A DNA stretch of 64,000 nucleotides, taken from Calditrichia bacterium. Its GTDB lineage: Bacteria > Calditrichota > Calditrichia > JAJRVZ01. A program made the position numbers and the translations under genes. The stretch spans positions 73,923 through 137,922 of the forward strand of contig CAWCNS010000012.1 in the NCBI GenBank assembly GCA_963796965.1, in the 5' to 3' direction. Each line of letters opens with the position of its first letter. The stretch's first letter is position 1. Shown here in pieces: positions 10,502 to 21,271 of the stretch. Under the pieces are notes generated by a model. The model saw only the letters and a list, made by a program, of their open reading frames with translations. It did no database searches and was not told where the DNA came from.

Positions 10502-12155
10502 TTATAAATATTTTTTTGGTTCTACAAAAATTGTTTTACTATGTGTTATTAATACAGCACCCGGTTCAGATTTCCTTGGTTTACGTACATATTTTACTTT
10601 TGTATAATTGACTGGCACCGTTGCAGATGTCTTTGCTGCACTAAAATAGGCTGCAATACTGGCTGCTTTTTCAATAATAGCCATGGGTGGCTCTATATTC
10701 TTATCGGTCTGATAAATGATAACATGAGATCCCGGAACACCCTGGGCATGAAGCCAGTAATCATATTTATGAGCAAATTTGAAAGTAAGCAAGTCATTGT
10801 TCTTTGCATTTTTCCCAATCAATATCTCCCATTTATTATCCAGTAATAAGCGGTTAAAAGAAGATTTATCCAGGATATTCGTTCTTTTGTTTGAAACTCC
10901 TTTTTGCCAGGCTCTTTTTTGGGTTAAAACTTGCTCAAGCTGTTCAACTTTTTTTAAGCTATCAATTTTTTTTGAATCTTCATAGATATATTTCCAATAA
11001 TTCAACTCATCGTTGTAAGTGTCTTTCTTGGAGATAATCTCTATCTTCATCTTATCGATGTTTTTATACTTTGAAAAATACTTGGCTGCGTTTTCCTGAA
11101 TTGATAATCCGGGATCAAGTTTAATTGTTATTTCTTCGTTTTTATCTGAAAACAAGTTTTTTAGTGCAACCTGATGATCTCCTCGTCTTATCTCATGAGA
11201 AAAAGTTTGTAAAAGATGACCTTTAACTTCTGATAATTTCTTTTTTTCTTCAAGATCGCTAAAATCAGAGATTTTTTTGAGTGTCTTTTTTAGATAATCT
11301 ATCCGCTTTTGCACTACGGTTTGGCATCTTGTCAATTTCTGCTGAACCTGATGTTTTTGATGATGCAGATAGAGAAACCGGCTCCACGCCATATTCAAAT
11401 TGTCAAATTCTGATGGAATATAACCGGGCTCGAGATGATTCAGCGGCAATAATGAAAAGATCGGAACCCTGGTTGCATGTTCATTCAAATAATATGAATT
11501 CGAACTCATCTCCCCATCTAATGCTAATACACCTCTTTTTATTTCCGCCCAGCAATTTTTATCAATATCTGAGAGTAAAGTCTCATTATTTAGTTTTGTC
11601 CTGAAACATAACTCTTTTATCAGCAAATTATTATAGCCACCAACTTTATGTTTGAGATAATCGGCAATGGATTGGTTACTTTCCGGTTTTTCAACGTCCT
11701 GAAATTGAGAAGCAGATAATTGTTCCTGTGTAATTTTATTTTGATTAATGGCTTTTAAATTCCTGTCCTTCTTAAAAGAGGCTTCTATCTTGTTCTCATG
11801 GTTAATCAATAATATATTCTGATTAGATCCGTAAAAGATGCACTGGATCTGGAAATCCTCTGTTTTGAGAAAGATTTTTTTATCGTAGGGAAAAATCTTT
11901 ATGTCTTTAATTCTTTTATTCTCTAGTCCTTTAAATAATTCAATCCGGGGATCGCGAATATTGTGTGCCTTATCGAGAATTATATATGGAAGGTGTGCTT
12001 GGACACCTATTCTTAAATAATAATGTTCCTTATATTTTAGCTCTATAATCAATTCATCTTTGCGAAAGGAGAAGCAGCTAGTGATCAGCTGCTCCTTCTA
12101 AGTAGGCCGCCAGGTTGGATACCTGTTTCTCAAATAAAAAATAATTTCGATGCAT
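10502..12155 (-). CDS. NFACT/Rqc2 (FbpA/RqcH-like) protein; indel near 12095
   Basis: C-terminal IGKNAKNNDLLT, WLHAQGVPGSHV, VNYTKVKYVRKP. Upstream ATG at 12155 (MHRNYF) joins via a frameshift to EQLITSCFSFRKDELII. Confidence 0.88.
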
Positions 12156-12302
12156 GGATGATCTATAATCTACCCGTTTAAAATCGTTGAAATCAAGGAT
12201 TGTCTTAAAAGCCCGTCTTTGCTTTTAATTCTTTATTTTTATAAATTTTAACACAAAAATATAACTAAAAATAATGTACACTTCAGGAAAAAAACGCCAA
12301 TA

Positions 12303-13181
12303 ATGCTAAGAAGTATGACAGGCTTTGGCCGTGCCGAAATCAAAAACGGTCAATTTGAATTTTCGGTAGAGATTAGAAGTCTCAATAACCGTTATCTCGA
12401 TATCGGAATGAAAATTCCAAAATCGTTAAATGCTTACGAATATAAATTAAAAGAATTGATCAAGACCTCTGTTAAAAGGGGTAAAGTTTCCATTTCGATT
12501 TCTTTTAATGACCTTAAAATGTCTGATAGTGATTTTCGTCTCAACGAGGAAACGGTACGATACTATCTACAATTATTGAAGGAATTAAAAAAAGTAACAC
12601 AGATTGATGACGAGATCACCTTAACCCATTTATTACAATTTAGAGAATTGGTTGAACCGGAAGAAATCACTCCCGAGGATGGAGATATTGAGTTATCGCT
12701 CATCCAGGTATTTAAAGAGGCACTCAAAAATCTCAATGAAATGCGCCAACATGAGGCACGTAATCTTGGCGCTGATATCCGGGACCGTTTGCAGATAATT
12801 AATGAGATAACCAAGAGTATAACCGCGAGAGCAAAGGATTCTCCCCGCCATGAATTGAATAAATTATATAATCGGCTAAAAGAACAAATCTCAAATAATG
12901 ATATAGATAAAGATAGACTTGAACTTGAACTGGCATTGATCGCAGATAAAGTGGATATTACTGAAGAATGTGAGCGAATGGCCAGTCATGTGAAATTATT
13001 TGAGGATGTTTTAGCAAATAATGATGAGGTGGGTAAACAGCTAACCTTTCTTTTGCAGGAAATGCACCGCGAAACAAATACAATCGGTTCAAAAACTGCC
13101 GATATAACTATATCCCACGAAATGATCAGATTAAAAGAAGAAATAGAAAAGTTACGCGAACAGGTGCAGAATCTGGAATAG
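12303..13181 (+). CDS. yicC: YicC/YloC family endoribonuclease
   Basis: MLRSMTGFGR, EIRSLNNRYLD, QEMHRETNTIGSK, EKLREQVQNLE. Confidence 0.96.
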   Translation: MLRSMTGFGRAEIKNGQFEFSVEIRSLNNRYLDIGMKIPKSLNAYEYKLKELIKTSVKRGKVSISISFNDLKMSDSDFRLNEETVRYYLQLLKELKKVTQIDDEITLTHLLQFRELVEPEEITPEDGDIELSLIQVFKEALKNLNEMRQHEARNLGADIRDRLQIINEITKSITARAKDSPRHELNKLYNRLKEQISNNDIDKDRLELELALIADKVDITEECERMASHVKLFEDVLANNDEVGKQLTFLLQEMHRETNTIGSKTADITISHEMIRLKEEIEKLREQVQNLE

Positions 13182-13186
13182 ATATT

Positions 13187-13744
13187 ATGTCTGAGTTTAA
13201 AAGTCAGTTAATCGTCCTCTCCGCTCCCTCTGGTGCTGGTAAAACAACAATCGCAAATCTATTGGTTTCCCGCTATCCTCAAATGGCCATCTCGGTATCC
13301 GCGACCACAAGGACAAAGCGTCCACGTGAAAAGGATGGAATCCATTATCATTTTCTTGATGAATCGCGCTTTAAGGATTATATCGAAAAAGATAAATTCC
13401 TGGAGTTTGAACAGGTTCATGATGACTACTACGGAACTCTGAAAAGTGATGTGGAAAAATTACTGGAACTAGGAAAAACTGTAGTTTTTGATATCGACGT
13501 TAAGGGTGCTCTTTCAATAAAAAGAAATTATCCACAGGCAATTTTAATTTTCATCAAAACGCCCTCATTGGCAGAGTTAAGGAATCGTTTAAAGAAAAGA
13601 AAAAGCGAAAGCAAAGAGGCTATCCAAAAACGACTACAAAGAATTGAATATGAATATGTGCAGGCCGATAAATTCGATTATATCGTGATAAATGATGAAC
13701 TTGAGCATGCCATTCAAAAAATAGTCGATATCATCAGTATGTGA
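13187..13744 (+). CDS. gmk: Guanylate kinase
   Basis: SAPSGAGKTT P-loop, SATTR, YYGT, DIDVKG. Confidence 0.97.
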   Translation: MSEFKSQLIVLSAPSGAGKTTIANLLVSRYPQMAISVSATTRTKRPREKDGIHYHFLDESRFKDYIEKDKFLEFEQVHDDYYGTLKSDVEKLLELGKTVVFDIDVKGALSIKRNYPQAILIFIKTPSLAELRNRLKKRKSESKEAIQKRLQRIEYEYVQADKFDYIVINDELEHAIQKIVDIISM

Positions 13745-13908
13745 TAAAGATTTTTTCGAAGTGTACAATTCTGTTTTTCGATATTTGTATCGAAATAAAA
13801 CTGGCGAAATACCACGATAGGCATCGGGAATAGTCAGTTTTAACGAATTTCTTTATTTCTGTCGGCGATTTTTTTTTGTCCATTATATTTAAAAGAGGTA
13901 GGTGTGAT

Positions 13909-15123
13909 ATGAACTTAGAAGGTAAAAAGATTCTTCTGGGTATAAGCGGAGGTATCGCTGCTTATAAAACAGCCGAGATGGTTCGCAGCTGGATTAAAAG
14001 TGGTGCTGAAGTTGAAGTTATAATGACACCTGCTGCACAAAAGTTTATCACGCCCCTCACATTAGAAACCTTGATCAATCGTCAGGTTCATACAGAATTA
14101 TTTCCTGAATCTCAGTTTAGTGCAACGGTGCATATTGATCTTGCCGATTGGGCAGATATTGTAATTGTTGCACCGGCCACTGCTAATACAATTTCCAAAA
14201 TCAGAATGGGAATTGGAGATGATTTACTTTCTACCGTTTGCCTGGCAGCCTGGCGGAAAACGGTACTGGCACCGGCAATGAATTCAAATATGTGGATTAA
14301 TCCTGCGGTTCAGGAAAATCTGGAGTTATTAAAAAACCGAGGTTATCTTGTTATTGAACCTTCTGCCGGTGATCTGGCCTGTGGCTATACAGGTATTGGT
14401 AGACTACCCGATTTATATATCATAGAGCATTGGTTAAAGTATGCATTGCAAAAAACTAAAAAATTAAAAGGGAAGACCGTGCTGGTAACTGCCGGGCGCA
14501 CCGAAGAGGAAATAGACCCTGTACGCCTGCTTACCAACAGATCTTCCGCGAGAATGGGCTATGCCTTAGCCGAACAGGCCGCTTTTAATGGCGCACGGGT
14601 CATTCTGGTCACTGGCCCAAATCAACTCAATCCAATCCCTGGAATTGAAATCCATCAGATAATATCTGCCACGGAAATGGAAGAAGTAGTCGCTGATTAT
14701 ATTGAATCTTCAGATATTGTTTTTGCCACATCAGCTGTCTCTGATTACCGACCAAAAGAAGTGCTATTCAGAAAAATGAAAAAAGATAAAAAGGATTTTA
14801 GTTTATCAATGGTACAGAATCCTGATATACTGGCGGGAATTGGAAAATTGAAAGGTAAGAGAATTGTTGTTGGCTTTGCGGTTGAAACGGATAATGAGGA
14901 AGAAAATGCAAAGACAAAGATGCGTGCAAAAAACCTTGATATGATTGTTCTAAACAATCCATCTGAACCGGGCGCTGGTTTTGGAACGGATACAAATAAG
15001 GTGACAGTCTATATTCCCAAGAGAAAGGCCATTAAACTTCCTCTAATGAGCAAATCCGATGTTGCTGCAAGATTAATTAATGAGGTAGCAAAGATCCTGA
15101 TTAATCAGAAAAAGAATAAATAA
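13909..15123 (+). CDS. coaBC: Bifunctional phosphopantothenoylcysteine decarboxylase/synthetase
   Basis: GISGGIAAYK, APATAN, APAMN, GDLACG, IDPVR and GFAVET motifs; ATG at 13909 follows an RBS. Confidence 0.97.
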   Translation: MNLEGKKILLGISGGIAAYKTAEMVRSWIKSGAEVEVIMTPAAQKFITPLTLETLINRQVHTELFPESQFSATVHIDLADWADIVIVAPATANTISKIRMGIGDDLLSTVCLAAWRKTVLAPAMNSNMWINPAVQENLELLKNRGYLVIEPSAGDLACGYTGIGRLPDLYIIEHWLKYALQKTKKLKGKTVLVTAGRTEEEIDPVRLLTNRSSARMGYALAEQAAFNGARVILVTGPNQLNPIPGIEIHQIISATEMEEVVADYIESSDIVFATSAVSDYRPKEVLFRKMKKDKKDFSLSMVQNPDILAGIGKLKGKRIVVGFAVETDNEEENAKTKMRAKNLDMIVLNNPSEPGAGFGTDTNKVTVYIPKRKAIKLPLMSKSDVAARLINEVAKILINQKKNK

Positions 15124-15330
15124 AGAGTTTATTGATATCTGTTTCCTGCAGATTTAAAAGTGCGGTGGAAATTTTCGCAATATTGAGAAAATTTGCCTAA
15201 AATATTGAAAGTAGAAATTAATATAAATCTAATATAAACAAATATATATGCTGTTTGGCTTTATATTTGCATTTAATACATCCTTAATCTAAACCCCAAT
15301 TACGGTAGACAGATACAAAATAGGAGAAAC

Positions 15331-16668
15331 ATGACGTTGGGATTACCAACTTTTAAAAAGGGTATACATCCTAAAGACAATAAGGCCTATACAAATCAGA
15401 AGCCAATCGAATTCCTGCCATTACCTGATGAAGTTTTTATTCCTCTTCAGCAACATATTGGTGTAAGTGGCGATGTTATAGTGGAAAAGGATGCCGAGGT
15501 TAAAACCGGGCAGGTTATTGGGAAAAGTGAAAAGTTTGTTTCTGCCCCGGTACATGCCTCAATAACCGGAAAAGTTAAGGCGGTTGATCAATTTTTACAT
15601 CCACTCGGTACAAAGGTGACGATGATCCATATCATAAAAACCTCTGAGGAAGATGAGTGGGAGAAATTGAAAGTTCCGGAAGATTGGAAATCCACTTCAG
15701 TCGATGACTTACGAAATCTAATTTGGAAGGCGGGTATTGTCGGATTGGGTGGCGCGGCGTTTCCTACTCACGTAAAACTGGCTCCTCCCCGGGAGAAAAA
15801 AATTGATACATTTATTCTCAATGGTGTGGAATGTGAACCTTTCCTTACTGCTGATCACAGGGCTATGTTGGAAATGGGTGATAAAATTCTGATGGGGATG
15901 TCGATCATCATGAAAATTCTCGGCACAGAGAAGGGATATATCGGAATCGAGAATAACAAACCTGATGCCATCGAAATAATGAACAAGTTAGTAAAGGATA
16001 AATATCCTTCTTTTAAAGTATCGCCTCTAAAGGTTAAATATCCTCAAGGTGCAGAAAAGATGCTGATTGAGGCTATTGTAAAGCGCAAAGTACCTGCTGG
16101 TGGATTACCAATGGATGTGGGGTCAGTTGTTAATAACGTTGGCACGGCCCTGGCAATTGCTACCGCCGTTACAGAGGGAAAACCACTGGTTGAAAGAATT
16201 GTGACTGTGACGGGGGAGGGTATCAATGAACCAAAGAATGTTATGGCGCGTATTGGAACGCCATTCCGGGTTTTAGTAGATGCTTGTGGCGGGATGAAAG
16301 AAACAACAAATCAGGTTTTTATGGGAGGCCCGATGATGGGTTTTTCTCAGACTAATCTTGATGCACCGATTATCAAAGCAACCAGTGGAATCATATGTCG
16401 TGATTCTGTCTCTCCGAAAAAAACTCATGTTTATCCCTGTATCCAATGTGGAAATTGTGTTTCTGTATGTCCGATGAATCTACTTCCCACAAGATTGTCT
16501 TCCTTTTCAGAAACAACAAAATTGGCAGAGGCAAACGCATATGGAATTTTAAATTGTATCGAATGTGGATCCTGTAGCTATGTTTGTCCTTCAAAAATTC
16601 CTCTGGTGCAATGGATCAGAGTAGGTAAACTTCAGGTTAGCGAAGCAAAACGTAAAAAGGTTGCATAA
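15331..16668 (+). CDS. rnfC: Rnf complex subunit C
   Basis: GIVGLGGAAFPTHVK, NGVECEPFLTAD, YPQGAEK, two CxxCxxCxxxCP motifs. Confidence 0.97.
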   Translation: MTLGLPTFKKGIHPKDNKAYTNQKPIEFLPLPDEVFIPLQQHIGVSGDVIVEKDAEVKTGQVIGKSEKFVSAPVHASITGKVKAVDQFLHPLGTKVTMIHIIKTSEEDEWEKLKVPEDWKSTSVDDLRNLIWKAGIVGLGGAAFPTHVKLAPPREKKIDTFILNGVECEPFLTADHRAMLEMGDKILMGMSIIMKILGTEKGYIGIENNKPDAIEIMNKLVKDKYPSFKVSPLKVKYPQGAEKMLIEAIVKRKVPAGGLPMDVGSVVNNVGTALAIATAVTEGKPLVERIVTVTGEGINEPKNVMARIGTPFRVLVDACGGMKETTNQVFMGGPMMGFSQTNLDAPIIKATSGIICRDSVSPKKTHVYPCIQCGNCVSVCPMNLLPTRLSSFSETTKLAEANAYGILNCIECGSCSYVCPSKIPLVQWIRVGKLQVSEAKRKKVA

Positions 16669-16687
16669 CTAAAGAGATAAAAGGTTT

Positions 16688-17830
16688 ATGGAAGAAAAAA
16701 TTAATTCAGAAGAAAAACCGGAATCACCAAAGGAAAACACAGAGGCTCCGGCAGCTGGAGATGGCGCAGAGAAAACACCTGCATCATCAGCAAAGCCTGC
16801 GGATGGTGAAGATAAACCAAAGCCCAAGCCGAAACCGGCGGCTAAGGATCCGCGAGATAAATTATATAAGCTTGAAAGGCCATTAATTCTCTCCTCGTCG
16901 CCACACTTTCATTCGGGAGATAGTGTACCTAAAATAATGTGGACGGTGGTAGCAGCATTGATTCCTGCCACTGTGATGGCGATTTATTATTTTGGTATTC
17001 CTGCTCTTATAATGATTGGAGCTTGTGTTGCCACTGCTTTAGTCACCGAAATCATCATGAATAAAATGAAGGGTGAGTCGCTGACGCTCAATGATGGCAG
17101 TGCTGCTATAACAGGTTTGCTCCTGGCATTAACATTGCCTCCCTCCCTCCCTCTCAGTGCCGGAATAATCGGGTCAGTCTTTTCTATTGCTGTCGGAAAA
17201 CAAATTTTTGGTGGTCTGGGTTATAATATTTTCAATCCGGCATTATTAGGGCGAGCCTTCCTGCAGGCAAGTTTTCCGGTGGCGATGACAACCTGGACTT
17301 TTCCTGGTACTGAAAAATATGCAAATATTGATGCCGTTACGGCTGCCACCCCGCTAGGACAGTTTAAGTTTGAAAAAGTTCTAACTGATTACGGTGATTT
17401 GTTAACAGGAAATGTCGGCGGTTCATTAGGTGAGACATCAGCATTGGCCGTTATACTGGGTGGTGTGATTTTGCTAGTAATGAAGTATGCCGATTGGCGT
17501 ATTCCACTCAGTTACCTTGGTTCGGTATTTCTAATAGGAGGTCTGTTTTGGTATATTGCCCCCGATCAGTATCCGGATCCTATATTCCACATGTTGTCGG
17601 GTGGTTTAATGTTGGGTGCATTATTTATGGCAACAGATATGGTTACCTCACCAATTACAGCAAGCGGAGCCTGGATATTTGGGGCCGGGGCGGGTATTGT
17701 TCTTGTGATTATTCGGTTATTTGGTGGTGTTCCGGAAGGTGTTATGTACTCGATCCTTTTCATGAACGGGTTTACCCCCTTAATTAACCGCTATACACGA
17801 CCGAAATATTTCGGGGAGGTGAAGTCATGA
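16688..17830 (+). CDS. rnfD: Rnf complex subunit D, with a low-complexity N-terminal extension
   Basis: SSSPH, FGGLGYNIFNPA, DAVTAATPL (FMN site), FMATDMVTSP. Confidence 0.96.
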   Translation: MEEKINSEEKPESPKENTEAPAAGDGAEKTPASSAKPADGEDKPKPKPKPAAKDPRDKLYKLERPLILSSSPHFHSGDSVPKIMWTVVAALIPATVMAIYYFGIPALIMIGACVATALVTEIIMNKMKGESLTLNDGSAAITGLLLALTLPPSLPLSAGIIGSVFSIAVGKQIFGGLGYNIFNPALLGRAFLQASFPVAMTTWTFPGTEKYANIDAVTAATPLGQFKFEKVLTDYGDLLTGNVGGSLGETSALAVILGGVILLVMKYADWRIPLSYLGSVFLIGGLFWYIAPDQYPDPIFHMLSGGLMLGALFMATDMVTSPITASGAWIFGAGAGIVLVIIRLFGGVPEGVMYSILFMNGFTPLINRYTRPKYFGEVKS

Positions 17831-18417
17831 GTACAACCACGAAAATGATCGTCGTGCTGACGGTGTTAACTATGATTGCCGGTGGGTTGTTGTCATCATG
17901 GGATGGTATCACGGCGCCCAGGATAGCAGCTTATAAACTCCAGGAACTTAAAAAGGCCATAAGTGAAGTAATGCCTGCCTATGAAAATTATGAGGAGATT
18001 CAAGGTGAAGGTATGGTACTATATGTTGGCAAAAAATCTGGTGAATCCAATCCCGTTGGCATTGCTTTTCGAGCAGTTGGGAGTGGATTCCAAGGTAAAA
18101 TATCTATTATGGTTGGTATGACACCGGATTTTTCTCAGATCACCGGTATTAAAATTCTGGAGCAGATAGAAACACCCGGATTAGGTACAAAGATTATTAT
18201 CGATCCAACCAATAAGCAGGATCCACACTGGTTCCCAAACCAGTTTAAAAGTCTGAAGGTGGATCCAAAAATTGAGGTTGTAAAGAACATGAAGCCTTCG
18301 AAACCGACCGAGATTCAGGCGATTACAGGTGCCACTATCTCTTCAAAAGCGGTGGCGAATATAATTAATAGTGAGATTAAAAAAGCAAAAGCGATTTATC
18401 AAACCAAAGTACGATAG
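17827..18417 (+). CDS. rnfG: Rnf complex subunit G
   Basis: N-terminal anchor, ETPGLG, AITGATISS FMN-binding motif. Confidence 0.95.
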   Translation: MSTTTKMIVVLTVLTMIAGGLLSSWDGITAPRIAAYKLQELKKAISEVMPAYENYEEIQGEGMVLYVGKKSGESNPVGIAFRAVGSGFQGKISIMVGMTPDFSQITGIKILEQIETPGLGTKIIIDPTNKQDPHWFPNQFKSLKVDPKIEVVKNMKPSKPTEIQAITGATISSKAVANIINSEIKKAKAIYQTKVR

Positions 18418-18425
18418 GTAATTAA

Positions 18426-19040
18426 ATGGCAAAAAAGCAAACAACTATCGGATATGAATTTGTCAAGGGTTTATGGGATGAAAATCCTGTATTAAAATCT
18501 TTGTTGGGGTTGTGTCCCGTCCTCGCCGTAACAAATTCAGCCATAAATGGATTGGCCATGGGTCTGGCGACGACTTTCGTTCTTCTCTCATCGAGTATTA
18601 TTATTGCCTCTGTCCGGAATATTATTCCCAGCCAGGTTCGTATCCCCAGCTTTATCGTTATAATTGCAACATTTGTGACGGTTGCTGACCGGTTTTTGGC
18701 CGCCTACTTTCCATTGATCAGTAAAGATTTAGGTCCTTATGTACCACTCATTGTTGTTAATTGCGTTATTTTAGGACGTCAGGAAGCTTTCTCATCAAAG
18801 AATTCTGTATTCAGATCAATTCTGGATAGTTCTGGTATGGGCGTTGGCTTTATCCTTGTTTTGATTGCATTAGGAGGCTTTAGAGAGATTCTCGGATCTG
18901 CCAGTTTATTCGGTTTCACCGTCCTGGGTGATTGGTTTGATCCCTGGATGGTCATGATTTTGCCCGGTGGTGCCTTTCTGGGACTCGGTTTTTTTATTGG
19001 TCTTACTAATTGGATAAATGACAGGAGGGCCAAGGCATGA
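18426..19040 (+). CDS. rnfE: Rnf complex subunit E
   Basis: LGLCPVLAVT, PLIVVNC, LPGGAF. Confidence 0.96.
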   Translation: MAKKQTTIGYEFVKGLWDENPVLKSLLGLCPVLAVTNSAINGLAMGLATTFVLLSSSIIIASVRNIIPSQVRIPSFIVIIATFVTVADRFLAAYFPLISKDLGPYVPLIVVNCVILGRQEAFSSKNSVFRSILDSSGMGVGFILVLIALGGFREILGSASLFGFTVLGDWFDPWMVMILPGGAFLGLGFFIGLTNWINDRRAKA

Positions 19041-19617
19041 AATTGATTCTTTTATTTATATCAGCAGCCGTTGTCAATAATTTTGTCCTTAGTTATTTCC
19101 TGGGAATTTGTCCATTTGTTGGGGTTTCAAAAAAAGTATCTTCGGCGGTAAGCATGGGAATGGCGGTTACCTTTGTAATGACGATTACTGCTGCTGTCAC
19201 CTGGCTGATATATCATCTGATTTTGGTTCCGGCGGAACTGGAAATTCTGGAATACGTATCATTTATATTGGTTATCTCTTCTCTTGTACAATTGGTGGAG
19301 ATGTTTGTTAAAAAGATCAGTAAACCTTTATATGATACATTGGGAATTTATTTACCTCTTATAACGACAAACTGTGCAATTTTAGGATTGGCCTTATTTT
19401 CTGTTTTACGTGAATATGACTTTATAGAAAGTCTGGTTTTCGGTATTGGAGCTGGAGCGGGATTTACGCTAGCTATCGTTATTATGGCGGGAATTCGTGA
19501 AGAACTTGAGTTAGCAAAAGTACCAAAACCATTTGAAGGCGCAGGAATCACAATGATCGTTGCCGCTTCATTAGCACTCTGGCATTTATGGGTTTTGCAG
19601 GACTAATTTCAGTTTGA
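19037..19617 (+). CDS. rnfA: Rnf complex subunit A (indel near 19578)
   Basis: NFVLSYFLGICPF, LPLITTNCAILG; the canonical AFMGFAGL ending is in a shifted frame that stops at TGA 19615-19617. Confidence 0.95.
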
Positions 19618-19628
19618 GTTAAGAATTG

Positions 19629-19770
19629 TCTCACGCGGCGACGCAACGCCGCAGAGAAATATAAAATGACAGAATCAAATTATCTTTTAACTAAGTGTAA
19701 ATAAAGTTTATTTTTGTCTTATTAATTTTTAGGAATAAAAAACGTTGCGACGCCGCGTCGCTGCGTGAGA
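19629..19770. mobile_element. Non-coding inverted-repeat element between rnfA and rnfB
   Basis: Left arm TCTCACGCGGCGACGC; reverse complement of right arm TCTCACGCAGCGACGC; AT-rich spacer. Confidence 0.75.
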
Positions 19771-19797
19771 ATAAAAAAAAGCAAAATGAGGATATAA

Positions 19798-20631
19798 ATG
19801 GACTTAACTGCTTTAATAATAGCTGTTGTAAGCATGGGCGGATTAGGGATGCTTTTTTCAGCCGGTCTTTCTATCGCTGATAAAAAATTATATGTTGAAG
19901 AAGATCCGCGTATTGCCGAAGTAAATGAAGAATTGCCAGGTGTAAACTGTGGGGGGTGTGGACTGCCAGGCTGTGCTGCTTTTGCTGAAAGTATTGTTGC
20001 CGGAGAATCAGAGATTACCGGCTGTCCGGTCAATACAGAGGAAGGTGCAGAAGCGATTGCTCATATAATGGGTGTCGAAGTGACAACTTCAGAGCGTCTT
20101 TTGGCCCGGGTTTTTTGTCAGGGTGGGGATTATGAAACGGCAAAAAAAGGTGTTTACGATGGCATTGAAACCTGTATCGCCGCAACATTTGCTGGTGGAG
20201 GCGATAAACTTTGTTCCTATGGCTGTATTGGTTTTGCTGATTGTGTCCGTTCATGTCCCTTTGATGCAATGTTTATGAATGAGAATGGCCTGCCGGTTGT
20301 TATTGATGACAAGTGTACCGGTTGTGGGAATTGTGTTGAGGCCTGTCCGCGGAATTTAATGGAGCTCCATCCGGAAAGCCATAAACTATTTGTACTTTGT
20401 AAAAATGAGGATTCTCCAAAAGAATCACGAAAAATTTGTACCCGTGCTTGTGTGGGTTGTGGTATTTGTGTTCGCCTTGCCGGAGAAGGTAATATGGAAA
20501 TGAAGGGCAATCTGGCTGTTGTCAATTACGATATTTATGGCACAGAACCGGTGCTACCAACTGAAAAATGTCCCACTGATGGTTTGGTGGTAATCGGTGG
20601 ACAAATAGTCGAAGAAAAACAGAGCGCCTGA
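19798..20631 (+). CDS. rnfB: Rnf complex subunit B
   Basis: LPGVNCGGCGLPGC, several ferredoxin-type Cys motifs, N-terminal membrane anchor. Confidence 0.96.
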   Translation: MDLTALIIAVVSMGGLGMLFSAGLSIADKKLYVEEDPRIAEVNEELPGVNCGGCGLPGCAAFAESIVAGESEITGCPVNTEEGAEAIAHIMGVEVTTSERLLARVFCQGGDYETAKKGVYDGIETCIAATFAGGGDKLCSYGCIGFADCVRSCPFDAMFMNENGLPVVIDDKCTGCGNCVEACPRNLMELHPESHKLFVLCKNEDSPKESRKICTRACVGCGICVRLAGEGNMEMKGNLAVVNYDIYGTEPVLPTEKCPTDGLVVIGGQIVEEKQSA

Positions 20632-20632
20632 A

Positions 20633-21079
20633 ATGCAAATGAGTGATTCCGGTTCTGAAAGAGGAGTCGTTACGGCCATTCAGGATAATGATGCAATCAT
20701 TGAATTCTCACTACAAGAGTCCTGTGAATCCTGTGGTGCGCGAATGATCTGCGTTCCGGATAACACAGGTAAACGGAGACTTCGGGCGGCTAATCCTTTA
20801 AATGCCGGAATTGGCAGCCAGGTCTCTATAACAGAAAAATCTAATTTTCTGCTTCTCGTATCATTCCTTCAATATGGTCTTCCGCTGATCCTGTTTTTTC
20901 TCTTTATATTAATCTTCTATATGAGCAAATTCTCCCTTGGCTCTGTACCAAAGGAACTGATATGGTTTATAGGGGGACTTGGAGGACTTTTTATTGGTGC
21001 TTTGATCTCCCGACATTTTGTACAACGTCTTTCTGAGAAAGGCGGTAGTTTTTTTGAGATCTCAGAAATCCTCAGATAA
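20633..21079 (+). CDS. rseC: RseC/MucC family protein
   Basis: SCESCGARMIC motif, YGLPL, two TM helices, follows the rnf genes. Confidence 0.85.
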   Translation: MQMSDSGSERGVVTAIQDNDAIIEFSLQESCESCGARMICVPDNTGKRRLRAANPLNAGIGSQVSITEKSNFLLLVSFLQYGLPLILFFLFILIFYMSKFSLGSVPKELIWFIGGLGGLFIGALISRHFVQRLSEKGGSFFEISEILR

Positions 21080-21092
21080 TTAAATATGATTT

Positions 21093-21122
21093 GTAGGGGC
21101 AGACCCATGGGTTCGCCCCTAC
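21093..21122. repeat. REP-like palindrome, GTAGGGGC family
   Basis: GTAGGGGCAGACCCATGGGTTCGCCCCTAC; relatives at 28023-28124 and 58661-58710. Confidence 0.8.
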
Positions 21123-21271
21123 ATTATCCTACAAAAATCCCATTTAAATTGCAGGATAACCTACCATTTAATAAATTCTCCTAGTTCTAATCACTGGCTT
21201 CCTTAATCAGAGGATTCTATCCGATATAAAAGTCGGACGAAGGCCTGGATTATAAATATTAATATTTAATT

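Noticed and set aside
12066..12098. Hairpin AAGGAGAAGCAGCT...AGCTGCTCCTT as a regulatory RNA
   Set aside because: It lies within the reconstructed NFACT coding start, at the indel site, and has no other support.
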